Assembly: GCA_902800905.1 (NCBI GenBank)
Contig: CADCGC010000002.1
Span: 59,774-123,773, forward strand
Length of the DNA: 64,000 bases
Direction: 5' to 3'
DNA from: an uncultured Erysipelotrichaceae bacterium
Lineage (GTDB): Bacteria; Bacillota_I; Bacilli_A; RFN20; CAG-826
This document shows, piece by piece, positions 28,392 to 36,253 of this stretch; position 1 is the first letter of the stretch; every line of letters starts with the position of its first letter. A program made the translations under genes and the position numbers. A model generated the notes under the pieces. The model searched no databases, was not told the origin of the DNA, and saw nothing but the letters and a program-made list of their open reading frames with translations.

Positions 28392-30677
28392 ATGAAAAAA
28401 TCATTTATTTTATCCGCATTAATTCTAAGTCTTTCTCTTTTGAGTGGCTGCACAAGTAATTCCGATAGTGGAGGTGGAGGAGGAGATCCTATTGACCCAG
28501 AAGAACAATGTGAACATAGTTATAAATATCACCAAAAGGTTGAAGCCACTTGTACTGAAGATGGAAACGAAGCATATTTTTCATGTTCCAATTGCGACAA
28601 GATTTTTAACGAAAAGAAGCAAGAAACCCCATATTCTGAACTTGTTATCCCTGCCTTGGGACATGATATTGGACACGTTAATGCGACAACTCCACGCAAT
28701 TGCTTGGAACTAAGTGTCATTGAACATTATCACTGTAGTAGATGTGAAAAGAACTTTGAGGATGAAGCCGCTACTATTGAACTCGATTCAATCGATGGAT
28801 ATTATGGTGAGCATAATTTCGTTGATTACCCTGCCAAAGCCGCTTCTTGCGCTGAAGAAGGGAACATTGCCTATGCCGAATGTTCTTATTGCCATAAAAT
28901 ATATTCAATTGATCATCAAACCCAGATTACTGACGGTTCATATATTATTGAAAAAACACAACACCATTTGACACATCATGAAGCTGTTCAATTTGAAAAT
29001 ATTGAATATTGGGAATGCTCTGAATGTGAAAAAAAATTCTCTGATGAAGACGGAGGCGAAGAAGTGGAAAATGTTTCTATTCGTGATGAACACGATTTAT
29101 TAAATGATAATGTTAAGAATTATCTTGCCGCGACTACTGAAGCAGATCAAATCAATGCTTTAAGAGTATCAACTCCATTTAATAATCAAGTTAGAAAAGT
29201 CCTTTCATGGAAAACTAATGATAATGGACCATACACTATTGAAGTCTCTGAGAGCCAAGATTTTACCAATCCTATGACATTTACTGCTTCTAATTCACCA
29301 TTAACTCTTCCTGGAACATTATTCCCAGGACATACATATTATTGGAGAGTAAAAGATAGTTCTGATCAATTAGTAGTGACCATTGAAAGATTTATTGTTG
29401 ATGGCACTTATCCAGTTAGAACTCTATTCGTTGATGGAGTCTCTAATGTTAGAGACGCTGGAGGATGGACTGCTAAAGACGGAAACAAAGTCCTTTATGG
29501 AAAAATCATTAGAGGTGGAAGATTAAGAGATATCACTGAGGATGGCAAAAAAACATTCTTAGAAGATTTAGGCATTAAAACCGAACTTGATTTAAGAGGC
29601 GATGGTGTAAGTGATATTTCTGATTCTAGACTCACATATATCAAGCAAGGACTTAACCAATACACAATGCTAGTTCCTAATTATCTTTCTCCTATCGTTC
29701 AAGGAAAAGGTGATTTAAGATATGGGTTTGACACCACAACTCCTAATGCGCTAGCGGCAATTTTCAATGTCTTAGCCGATTCCTCTAATTATCCAATTTA
29801 TTATCACTGCAATGCTGGAGCAGATAGAACCGGTTCATTAACTTATTTAATCAATGGTCTTCTTGGTGTTTCTTATGAAGATTTAACAAGAGATTTTGAA
29901 TTAACAACATTCTCTGCTCAAGGAAACAGATTCCGTAGTGGTGTTAGTGGAAATAGTTTTGTTTCTACTGGTGAGATGGCAGGAATCTATGAATGTGACT
30001 CCCTTAACTATGTCGCTTGGGGAAAACTTCACGAGCTTATTTCCACCAATTACGCGCAAGAAAACGGACAATTATGTTCGGCGATTGAATATTATTTGAA
30101 GAAAGTTTGTAAGATTTCTGATGAAACAATTAAACAAGTTAGAAGAAACCTCTTAGGAAAAGATGTTGAATTTGATGAAGTGGTTGTGGAAGACGAAAGC
30201 ACAGTGTTTACTCCTGAAAATGGTAACCAGACATTAGCAAATCAAATAGAATATGAAAAAGGTAATTTCTTCGGTAAATTGTCCTATAAGTTCACTGCCT
30301 ATACTCCAACTGGCCAAGGCAAAGTTGACCACTATATTTATCATAATTTAGATATTATTAATAATCCTGCCTACACAAAATTCCATTTTGATGTCTATGT
30401 TCCAGCGACAAGTGCAAAGTGGAACACAAGTGAAGGAAAAGATACTGGAGCAAGATTTGCAATCTCCGCAAAAGCTTCATCGACTACACGTATTGAATTT
30501 AGTGATGAATTCTCTTCATCATCTACTAATAAATACAAGATTATTACTGATGAGTGGATGACTTTTGAAATTGAGATTTCTCAGTTTAGTAATCTCATTC
30601 GTTTTGCGTTCTATTTGCCTTATGCTACTGAGCAAATTCCAGCGATAGTGTATTTTGCAAACGTCCACGTTTCTTAA
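28392..30677 (+). CDS. lipoprotein with N-terminal Cys/His-rich repeats, an FN3-like segment, a CX5R protein-tyrosine-phosphatase-fold domain (Y_phosphatase3/Siw14-like) and a C-terminal beta-sandwich
   Basis: Lipobox LSLLSGCTS followed by a Gly5 linker. Repeated C.H..Y.....A(T/S)C.E.GN.AY..CS.C.K.(F/Y). The PTP-domain entry is NVRDAGGW...LYG..IRGGRL, and the P-loop is HCNAGADRTG at about 29804-29833. Confidence 0.6.
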   Translation: MKKSFILSALILSLSLLSGCTSNSDSGGGGGDPIDPEEQCEHSYKYHQKVEATCTEDGNEAYFSCSNCDKIFNEKKQETPYSELVIPALGHDIGHVNATTPRNCLELSVIEHYHCSRCEKNFEDEAATIELDSIDGYYGEHNFVDYPAKAASCAEEGNIAYAECSYCHKIYSIDHQTQITDGSYIIEKTQHHLTHHEAVQFENIEYWECSECEKKFSDEDGGEEVENVSIRDEHDLLNDNVKNYLAATTEADQINALRVSTPFNNQVRKVLSWKTNDNGPYTIEVSESQDFTNPMTFTASNSPLTLPGTLFPGHTYYWRVKDSSDQLVVTIERFIVDGTYPVRTLFVDGVSNVRDAGGWTAKDGNKVLYGKIIRGGRLRDITEDGKKTFLEDLGIKTELDLRGDGVSDISDSRLTYIKQGLNQYTMLVPNYLSPIVQGKGDLRYGFDTTTPNALAAIFNVLADSSNYPIYYHCNAGADRTGSLTYLINGLLGVSYEDLTRDFELTTFSAQGNRFRSGVSGNSFVSTGEMAGIYECDSLNYVAWGKLHELISTNYAQENGQLCSAIEYYLKKVCKISDETIKQVRRNLLGKDVEFDEVVVEDESTVFTPENGNQTLANQIEYEKGNFFGKLSYKFTAYTPTGQGKVDHYIYHNLDIINNPAYTKFHFDVYVPATSAKWNTSEGKDTGARFAISAKASSTTRIEFSDEFSSSSTNKYKIITDEWMTFEIEISQFSNLIRFAFYLPYATEQIPAIVYFANVHVS
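28510..29040 (+). repeat. three to four Cys/His-rich ~40-aa repeats, possibly small metal-binding modules
   Basis: CEHSYKYHQKVEATCTEDGNEAYFSCSNCDKIF; NCLELSVIEHYHCSRCEKNF; ASCAEEGNIAYAECSYCHKIY; EYWECSECEKKF. Confidence 0.5.
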
Positions 30678-30700
30678 TTAGATATTACTAAATTATCATA

Positions 30701-30731
30701 GGGGAATTCGTTAATGAATTCTCCTTTTTTG
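30701..30731 (+). terminator. strong rho-independent terminator ending the 15-kb operon
   Basis: GGGGAATTC-gttaat-GAATTCTCC followed by TTTTTTG. Confidence 0.7.
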
Positions 30732-30768
30732 TTGAAAAATGAATTGATTTGATTTTTTTGGAATTTTC

Positions 30769-30797
30769 TTGAATTAATTAATATTTATATGTATTAT
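30769..30797 (+). promoter_or_regulatory. putative promoter TTGAAT-N17-TATTAT upstream of the small ORF and flotillin gene
   Basis: An AGGAGG RBS follows at about 30808, 9 nt before the ATG at 30823. Confidence 0.5.
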
Positions 30798-30822
30798 GTA
30801 GTTGTCTAGGAGGTAAAAAGAC

Positions 30823-31188
30823 ATGCAAATACAATGGTTTAGTTCGAAGGAAAAAGTTGGAACAGCGTCCTTCTATAACACGAACATTACATTAAACACA
30901 ATCGCCTCAGTTCCATTTGAATATGCATATCGTGTTCAAGTTGGTTTAGATGAGCAAGGAAATGTAGTTGTTAGACCGTTAACGAAGGAGAAAGTTCAAA
31001 GCGGTGATTTGGACGAATATACCATTTTGCAAATGTCTGTCAAAAAGACCTATTCTAGAATCTCATCAACAATGTTGATGAAAAGAATTTCAGAGGCGTT
31101 AGGTATTACGTTATCTGATAAGCCAGTTAAGTTTGATACAACCTGGGATGAAGTAGAAAATATTCTCACTATTCATATCAAGAAATAG
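30823..31188 (+). CDS. hypothetical soluble protein (121 aa) upstream of flotillin
   Basis: Good RBS and promoter. No recognisable motif. It is not NfeD-like. Confidence 0.4.
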   Translation: MQIQWFSSKEKVGTASFYNTNITLNTIASVPFEYAYRVQVGLDEQGNVVVRPLTKEKVQSGDLDEYTILQMSVKKTYSRISSTMLMKRISEALGITLSDKPVKFDTTWDEVENILTIHIKK

Positions 31189-31256
31189 CGATTAACCAAG
31201 CTCTCCCGAATCAAACTTTTGGCGGAACAAAAGTAATGATAAAGGAGGGTTTGAAA

Positions 31257-32744
31257 ATGTCATTATTTCTTGCAATTTTATTCAGTGTGTTAGGAGTGGT
31301 GTTATTACTTGTCTTCTTACTCTGCTCATACACCAAAGCCGGACCAGATGAAGCAATCATGATTTCTGGTCTAGGAAAAAGAAAAATCTTAAGAGGACAA
31401 GCTGGTTGGAAACTTCCTTTCTTACAAAGAAAAGATAGATTGTCATTAAAAGTGTTCCAAGTCGATATTAAGACTCGTGAATCAATTCCAACTAACGAAT
31501 TCATCAACATCAATGTCGATGGTGTCGCTAATCTTAAAATCTCTAGCGATCCAGCACTTCTTGAAAGAGCGTTTGAAGCCACTCTTGGGATGACTCAAGA
31601 AGACTTAATTGAACAAGTTAAGCAGGTTCTTGAAGGCAATATGCGTGAAATCATTGGCACAGTTGGAATTAGACAACTTGTCCAAGATCGTAAAGGTGTT
31701 GCAGAAGCTGTTAAAGAAAATGTTATTCCAGACATGAGTAAATTAGGTCTTGAATTAGTGAACTTCAACATTCAAAACTTCTCCGATGGGAATCATGTCA
31801 TTGAAAACTTAGGTATTGATAACATTTCTCAAATCTCTAAAGAGGCCGCGATTGCTAAAGCTCATGCTGATAGAGATGTCGCGATTGCTAAAGCAAAAGC
31901 CGCTCAAGAAGCAAACGAAGCGGAAGTCAATGCAAAGACCATTATTGTTCAAAAGAATACAGAATACGCTCTTAAAGAAGCAGAATTAAAGATTAAGACA
32001 GATACTGCTAGAGCGGACGCTGATGCAGCGTATAAGATTCAAGAACAAAAGAGACAAGAAGAAATCAATGTTGCGACTACAAATGCTGAAATCTCTAAGA
32101 GAGAAAGAGAAGTTGAACTCGGCAACAAAGAAGTTGAATTAGCAGAAAAGAAATTAGCGGCTACCATTAATAAGAAAGCTGATGCTGAAAAATATGCAGC
32201 AGAAAAAGCTGCTGAAGCAGAATTATTCAAGAGAAAGACAATCGCTGAAGCAGAACTTGTTGAAGCTCAAAGAAAAGCCGAGATTAAAACTGTTGCGGCA
32301 GAAGCTGAAAGAAAAGCTCGTGAAGAAGGCGCTACTGCAGTAAGAATTGAAGCAGAAGCAAATAAAGAAGCCGCTCTTGCTGAAGCAAAAGGAATCGAAG
32401 CCAAAGGAACAGCAGAAGCTGACGCCATCAAAGCAAAAGCTGAAGCGATGAAGAACTATAACGATGCAGCAACATTAAAGCTCATCCTTGAAAGCAATGT
32501 CTTACCAGAGACCGTTAGAGCGTATGCCGAACCAATCGCTGCTGCTCTAGCACAAATCGATGGCATCACAATGTATGGGGATGGTAATGAAGCAAAACTC
32601 GTTAGCGAGATTCAACAACACGGTGATCAAATCTTTGAAGGATTAAACAAAACCTTAGGTGTTGATCTCAAATCGTTATTACTCGGATATTTTGGAACAA
32701 AAGTAATCGGCAATAACAACAAGACACAACAAAGTGTTCAATAA
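31257..32744 (+). CDS. flotillin-like SPFH/band-7 protein (FloT/YuaG type)
   Basis: Start trimmed to MSLF behind AAGGAGG. N-terminal TM hairpin, SPFH domain, and a long Ala/Glu/Lys-rich coiled-coil (EA repeats). ~495 aa. Confidence 0.85.
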   Translation: MSLFLAILFSVLGVVLLLVFLLCSYTKAGPDEAIMISGLGKRKILRGQAGWKLPFLQRKDRLSLKVFQVDIKTRESIPTNEFININVDGVANLKISSDPALLERAFEATLGMTQEDLIEQVKQVLEGNMREIIGTVGIRQLVQDRKGVAEAVKENVIPDMSKLGLELVNFNIQNFSDGNHVIENLGIDNISQISKEAAIAKAHADRDVAIAKAKAAQEANEAEVNAKTIIVQKNTEYALKEAELKIKTDTARADADAAYKIQEQKRQEEINVATTNAEISKREREVELGNKEVELAEKKLAATINKKADAEKYAAEKAAEAELFKRKTIAEAELVEAQRKAEIKTVAAEAERKAREEGATAVRIEAEANKEAALAEAKGIEAKGTAEADAIKAKAEAMKNYNDAATLKLILESNVLPETVRAYAEPIAAALAQIDGITMYGDGNEAKLVSEIQQHGDQIFEGLNKTLGVDLKSLLLGYFGTKVIGNNNKTQQSVQ

Positions 32745-32752
32745 CTTAAAAG

Positions 32753-32795
32753 GCTGTTAGGAACTTAAAAGAGTTAATAACAGCTTTTTCTTTTT
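32753..32795 (+). terminator. putative terminator after the flotillin gene
   Basis: GCTGTTA...TAACAGC hairpin with a long loop, followed by TTTTTCTTTTT. Confidence 0.4.
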
Positions 32796-32822
32796 CGTTT
32801 GATATAATTGTTTTGATGGTAT

Positions 32823-33371
32823 TTGCATATGAAAATGATAAATAAGTCAAATGGAATAATTGCCTCTGATAGTGTTATTAGAATTCAAGCCATGGACACC
32901 AGCATGTTTTATGATGTTTGGAGAAATTCTTTAGACGAAAACAACAGACGATTTGTGCCTGACGAGGTCTTTGAAACACTAGAAGAAGCTAGTGAAGTGG
33001 TGGAACAAATTATTAAGTTCTATGATAGTGAGACGGGCCCATTTATTTATGCGTTAATGAGACAAGAAGATAACGCTAATATGGGGTATGTTCAATTAAT
33101 CAAAATTGAAGACGGTTGGGAAATTGGATATCACATCGCAAAGATTTATACCTGTAAAGGTTACGCCACAAGAGCGGTCAACCTATTCCTAGACTACATT
33201 AAAAAAGAAACAAAACTTAACGAAGTGCTTGGCATTGTGTTATCAGATAATCATGCGAGTATAAAAGTTCTTGAGAAGACTGGATTCGAATTGAAATTCG
33301 ATGGCATCGGAGTTTATCAAGGCAAAAAGAGAAAAATAAGAAAATATATTAAATGTTTAACTTTTAATTAA
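32823..33371 (+). CDS. GNAT-family N-acetyltransferase (RimJ/RimL-like)
   Basis: 182 aa. GYHIAKIYTCKGYATRAVNLFLDYI and LGIVLSDNHASIKVLEKTGF fit the acetyl-CoA binding motifs A and B. Confidence 0.7.
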   Translation: MHMKMINKSNGIIASDSVIRIQAMDTSMFYDVWRNSLDENNRRFVPDEVFETLEEASEVVEQIIKFYDSETGPFIYALMRQEDNANMGYVQLIKIEDGWEIGYHIAKIYTCKGYATRAVNLFLDYIKKETKLNEVLGIVLSDNHASIKVLEKTGFELKFDGIGVYQGKKRKIRKYIKCLTFN

Positions 33372-33401
33372 ACATATAAGAAACCCACTATATTAAAAGA
33401 A

Positions 33402-33430
33402 AAAGACCTTACTTGGTCTTATTTTTTTTC
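33402..33430. terminator. bidirectional terminator shared by the convergent GNAT and K+ channel genes
   Basis: AAGACC-ttactt-GGTCTT. It is followed by T8 on the plus strand and by TTTCTTTT on the minus strand. The channel-gene stop codon lies in the loop. Confidence 0.6.
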
Positions 33431-34359
33431 TTGGAAGTTTCTTCCTCTTTTTCTTCCTTTATCTTTTCTAATTCTTTTGGTTCGCCTTTGTTTTTTACTT
33501 CGTTATAGAAGTTAACAATAACACTGGTAATTAAAGCGACAACGATGATGCCATAAATTCCGAGGACGACAGACAAGACTCTACCAACAGTAGTGGTGGC
33601 TGATATATCTCCAAATCCAATGGTGGTGACAATAGCGAATGAATACCATAATGCATCGCCATAGTTTTCCATGGCTGGTTCGAAGATTGTGAAGATAAAT
33701 GAAAACGAGAAGATTAATACCACTAATCCATATAAGACTTCTAACGCGTATGTCTTACGCAAAATCTTAATCATCGCGCCTAATTGAATTCTTGAGAACG
33801 CAAAGACCATGATGTGTGCTAATGAAACAGTAATAATAATCAATGCGGTCATTACCAATCCTGATATTAATAATGCTGGAGCTTCACCAATAAGAGTGAA
33901 TAGCAAAATTGCCACTACAAGTGACGCTAAAGAAAGTAGAGTGTTACAAACAATATTAAATATCTTTTTATTTTCAAATATCTTAAGCAATCTATTAGCG
34001 AATATTGTTAATACATATGTTCCACATAAGATGTAATATGGGATTGGTTCATATGGAACAAATAGGAAAGCGACCGCAATCAATAAATATATCACGGCAA
34101 AGACAATGTGCTTGATGTAAGCAATCTTGTTGTAGTTATAGAGTTTATATACGAGCATTAAGTTAATTGAAGAAAGTGTTAAGAAAAAGAATGCGATGCT
34201 TAAGAAAACCTTCATCATTAGAGAGTTGTTGACGTCCATCATGTAATTCAAAGACGAGATGGTGAACGCTAAAATTGCAGCGTTAATAATACTGCTAGAA
34301 ATTAAAAGAATCGTGAATTTTTGATCTTTTGTTAATGTCTTTCTTTTTTTCATGTGCAT
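33409..34359 (-). CDS. potassium channel family protein (two-TM pore domain preceded by additional TM helices)
   Basis: Selectivity-filter signature TTIGFGD flanked by hydrophobic helices, with an N-terminal basic tail. Confidence 0.65.
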   Translation of the reverse strand: MHMKKRKTLTKDQKFTILLISSSIINAAILAFTISSLNYMMDVNNSLMMKVFLSIAFFFLTLSSINLMLVYKLYNYNKIAYIKHIVFAVIYLLIAVAFLFVPYEPIPYYILCGTYVLTIFANRLLKIFENKKIFNIVCNTLLSLASLVVAILLFTLIGEAPALLISGLVMTALIIITVSLAHIMVFAFSRIQLGAMIKILRKTYALEVLYGLVVLIFSFSFIFTIFEPAMENYGDALWYSFAIVTTIGFGDISATTTVGRVLSVVLGIYGIIVVALITSVIVNFYNEVKNKGEPKELEKIKEEKEEETSKKKNKTK

Positions 34360-34516
34360 TTATTATATTTTTCTTTTGTTAATTTTACTATACATACTAT
34401 TCAAAGATGTTTTTATTGCCATTTTTAAAACCAAGATTATTTCAAATAATCCAAGCATAATGGCTATAAGGGATTTTTTTAAAAATCTGCTGTATCAATT
34501 TATAATTGTATCCTGC

Positions 34517-34544
34517 TTGACACACATATTTACTGGGCTATAAT
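34517..34544 (+). promoter_or_regulatory. near-consensus sigma-70 promoter TTGACA-N16-TATAAT for the starch-utilisation locus
   Basis: Read directly from the sequence. AGGAGG RBS at about 34567, ATG at 34582. Confidence 0.65.
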
Positions 34545-34581
34545 TTAATTATCAATAATTTTTCTAGGAGGAAAAAAACGC

Positions 34582-36108
34582 ATGAAAAAATTATTAGGCG
34601 TGCTTGCCATTGGTTTAGCGTGCGCAATGTTAGCTGCATGTAACCAAGGTGGTACTCCATCGCAACCAGTCGATAAAGACAAGATTCTCGAAGTTGCGGA
34701 TTTTGAACAATTTTCAGTCGTTGGTCAACACCAAATCGAAGTAGATGGTGAAGATGTCGCAAACGAATGGAAAGTCAAAGACTACAACGTCATGAGAGCT
34801 GTTTCTTTAAATCAATTGGCAGCAATGGATTCAGCATTAGAAGCAAAAGTTGAAGCTAAAGGCGTTAGAGGCCTTTATGTCTTAGAAGGCGTTGTCCTTG
34901 GCGCTAATGATGCTGGATACGACAAAACCAGACCTGAAGGCGAAGAAATCGTTACTGTTAACGGTTCTTATACATTCAAGGTTTGTGGTGATGAATTAGA
35001 TGATGAAGAAGTTTGGCAAAGAGCCACTCACTATCCATCAGCTGAAGCTCACGGTGAATCCTTAACCGACAACTTATGGATTACAGAAAACATGACCGCT
35101 ACAATCGATGATAACGGTTATGACCACAATACAGACCCAGTTGCTAAAGCCGCTGGCGCTTACACTGTTGTCTTTGCTCTTTACAAAGCACCTCAAGGTC
35201 CAATGAGCCTCTCCTGTGGTATCGGTTTAATTAAAACTGGCGACAGAGATCCATACGTTGCACCAGAAACATATCCAGTCGAAAAACTCGAAGTTATCGG
35301 TGGATTCAATGATTGGTCAGATGACACTGCTCTTGAAATGGCCAAGAACGAAAACACATTCACTGCTCAATTAGTTTTAGAAGCAGCTTCTGAAATCAAA
35401 ATCAGAGCTAATGGTGAATGGAAGAGATCATTCGGTAAACAAGCCTTAGAAGGCAAAGTAGTTGGCGGAAACGATGACAACATCGCTTTAGGCGCTGCTA
35501 CATGGAACATTTCTATTACATTATCTTCTTGTGATGATTTACAAGTTGGTGATGAAATCGTCGCATTCACAATCGAAGCTGAAGGCGAAGTCGCAAAGAA
35601 CCCAGTCGAATCAATGGACGTTGCTGGTGGATTCAATAGTTGGAATCCAGGTGAAGATGACAAATTAGCAAAAGACGGCAATACATTTTCTGGTGACATC
35701 GCATTAGCAGAAGCTGGCGAAGTTAAAGTCAGAGTTAACTGCGATTGGACAATCGCTTTAGGCGCAACCGCTCTTGAAACAAAAGTCGTTACAGGTAACG
35801 ATGGCAACATCGCATTAGAAGCTGGCGAATACACTGTTACAGTTACATTTGCTGCTGATGATATGGAAGACATCGCTGTTGGCGCTGAACTCGTTGCTTT
35901 CACAATCGAAGCAAAAGGCGCTGCAGATCCAAAAGGTTCACAAAACAACCCATACACAGTTGCAGAAGCTTTAGCAGAAATCATGAAATTAGAAGATGGT
36001 AAAAAATCATCTGATAGATTCTATGTTTCTGGTGTTTGCACAGAATTCGTTAAAACTTCGTTAGTGGTGGAAACGTTACTCCAGAAATGGCAAGTGGAAC
36101 AAATTTAG
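34582..36108 (+). CDS. surface lipoprotein with two tandem starch/glycogen-binding-like modules (SusE/SusF-like role, inferred)
   Basis: Lipobox LAACNQG. Two ~110-aa repeats begin (I/V)(I/V)GGFN(D/S)W...NG.W. They resemble the GSFNNW-type CBM20/25/26/48 starch-binding modules. The gene lies directly upstream of the amylase and pullulanase genes. Confidence 0.5.
   Translation: MKKLLGVLAIGLACAMLAACNQGGTPSQPVDKDKILEVADFEQFSVVGQHQIEVDGEDVANEWKVKDYNVMRAVSLNQLAAMDSALEAKVEAKGVRGLYVLEGVVLGANDAGYDKTRPEGEEIVTVNGSYTFKVCGDELDDEEVWQRATHYPSAEAHGESLTDNLWITENMTATIDDNGYDHNTDPVAKAAGAYTVVFALYKAPQGPMSLSCGIGLIKTGDRDPYVAPETYPVEKLEVIGGFNDWSDDTALEMAKNENTFTAQLVLEAASEIKIRANGEWKRSFGKQALEGKVVGGNDDNIALGAATWNISITLSSCDDLQVGDEIVAFTIEAEGEVAKNPVESMDVAGGFNSWNPGEDDKLAKDGNTFSGDIALAEAGEVKVRVNCDWTIALGATALETKVVTGNDGNIALEAGEYTVTVTFAADDMEDIAVGAELVAFTIEAKGAADPKGSQNNPYTVAEALAEIMKLEDGKKSSDRFYVSGVCTEFVKTSLVVETLLQKWQVEQI
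35287..35925 (+). repeat. two tandem ~110-aa repeats (GGFNxW ... VVGGNDxNIAL ... VAFTIEA)
   Basis: VIGGFNDWSDDTALEMAKNENTFTA...IVAFTIEAEGE and VAGGFNSWNPGEDDKLAKDGNTFSG...LVAFTIEAKGA. Confidence 0.6.
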
Positions 36109-36152
36109 TTTCCGTTACACCAAAAAACGCATAATTTATCATAAACATTTAT

Positions 36153-36183
36153 GGGAGGTTTTTTAAACCTCCCTATTTGTTTA
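36153..36183 (+). terminator. rho-independent terminator between the starch-binding and amylase genes
   Basis: GGGAGGTTT-ttt-AAACCTCCC followed by TATTTGTTT. Confidence 0.65.
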
Positions 36184-36253
36184 ATTGGGCATCTAGAACC
36201 AATTAAAGAAATATATTTAATAAAAGTTATTATTTTTAATAAGGATTTTATAT

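Noticed and set aside
35367-35984. 205-aa antisense ORF inside the starch-binding lipoprotein gene
   Set aside because: Its Ala/Ser-rich translation mirrors the repeat structure of the sense gene. This is a typical shadow ORF of a GC-biased, repetitive coding region. It has no RBS or promoter.
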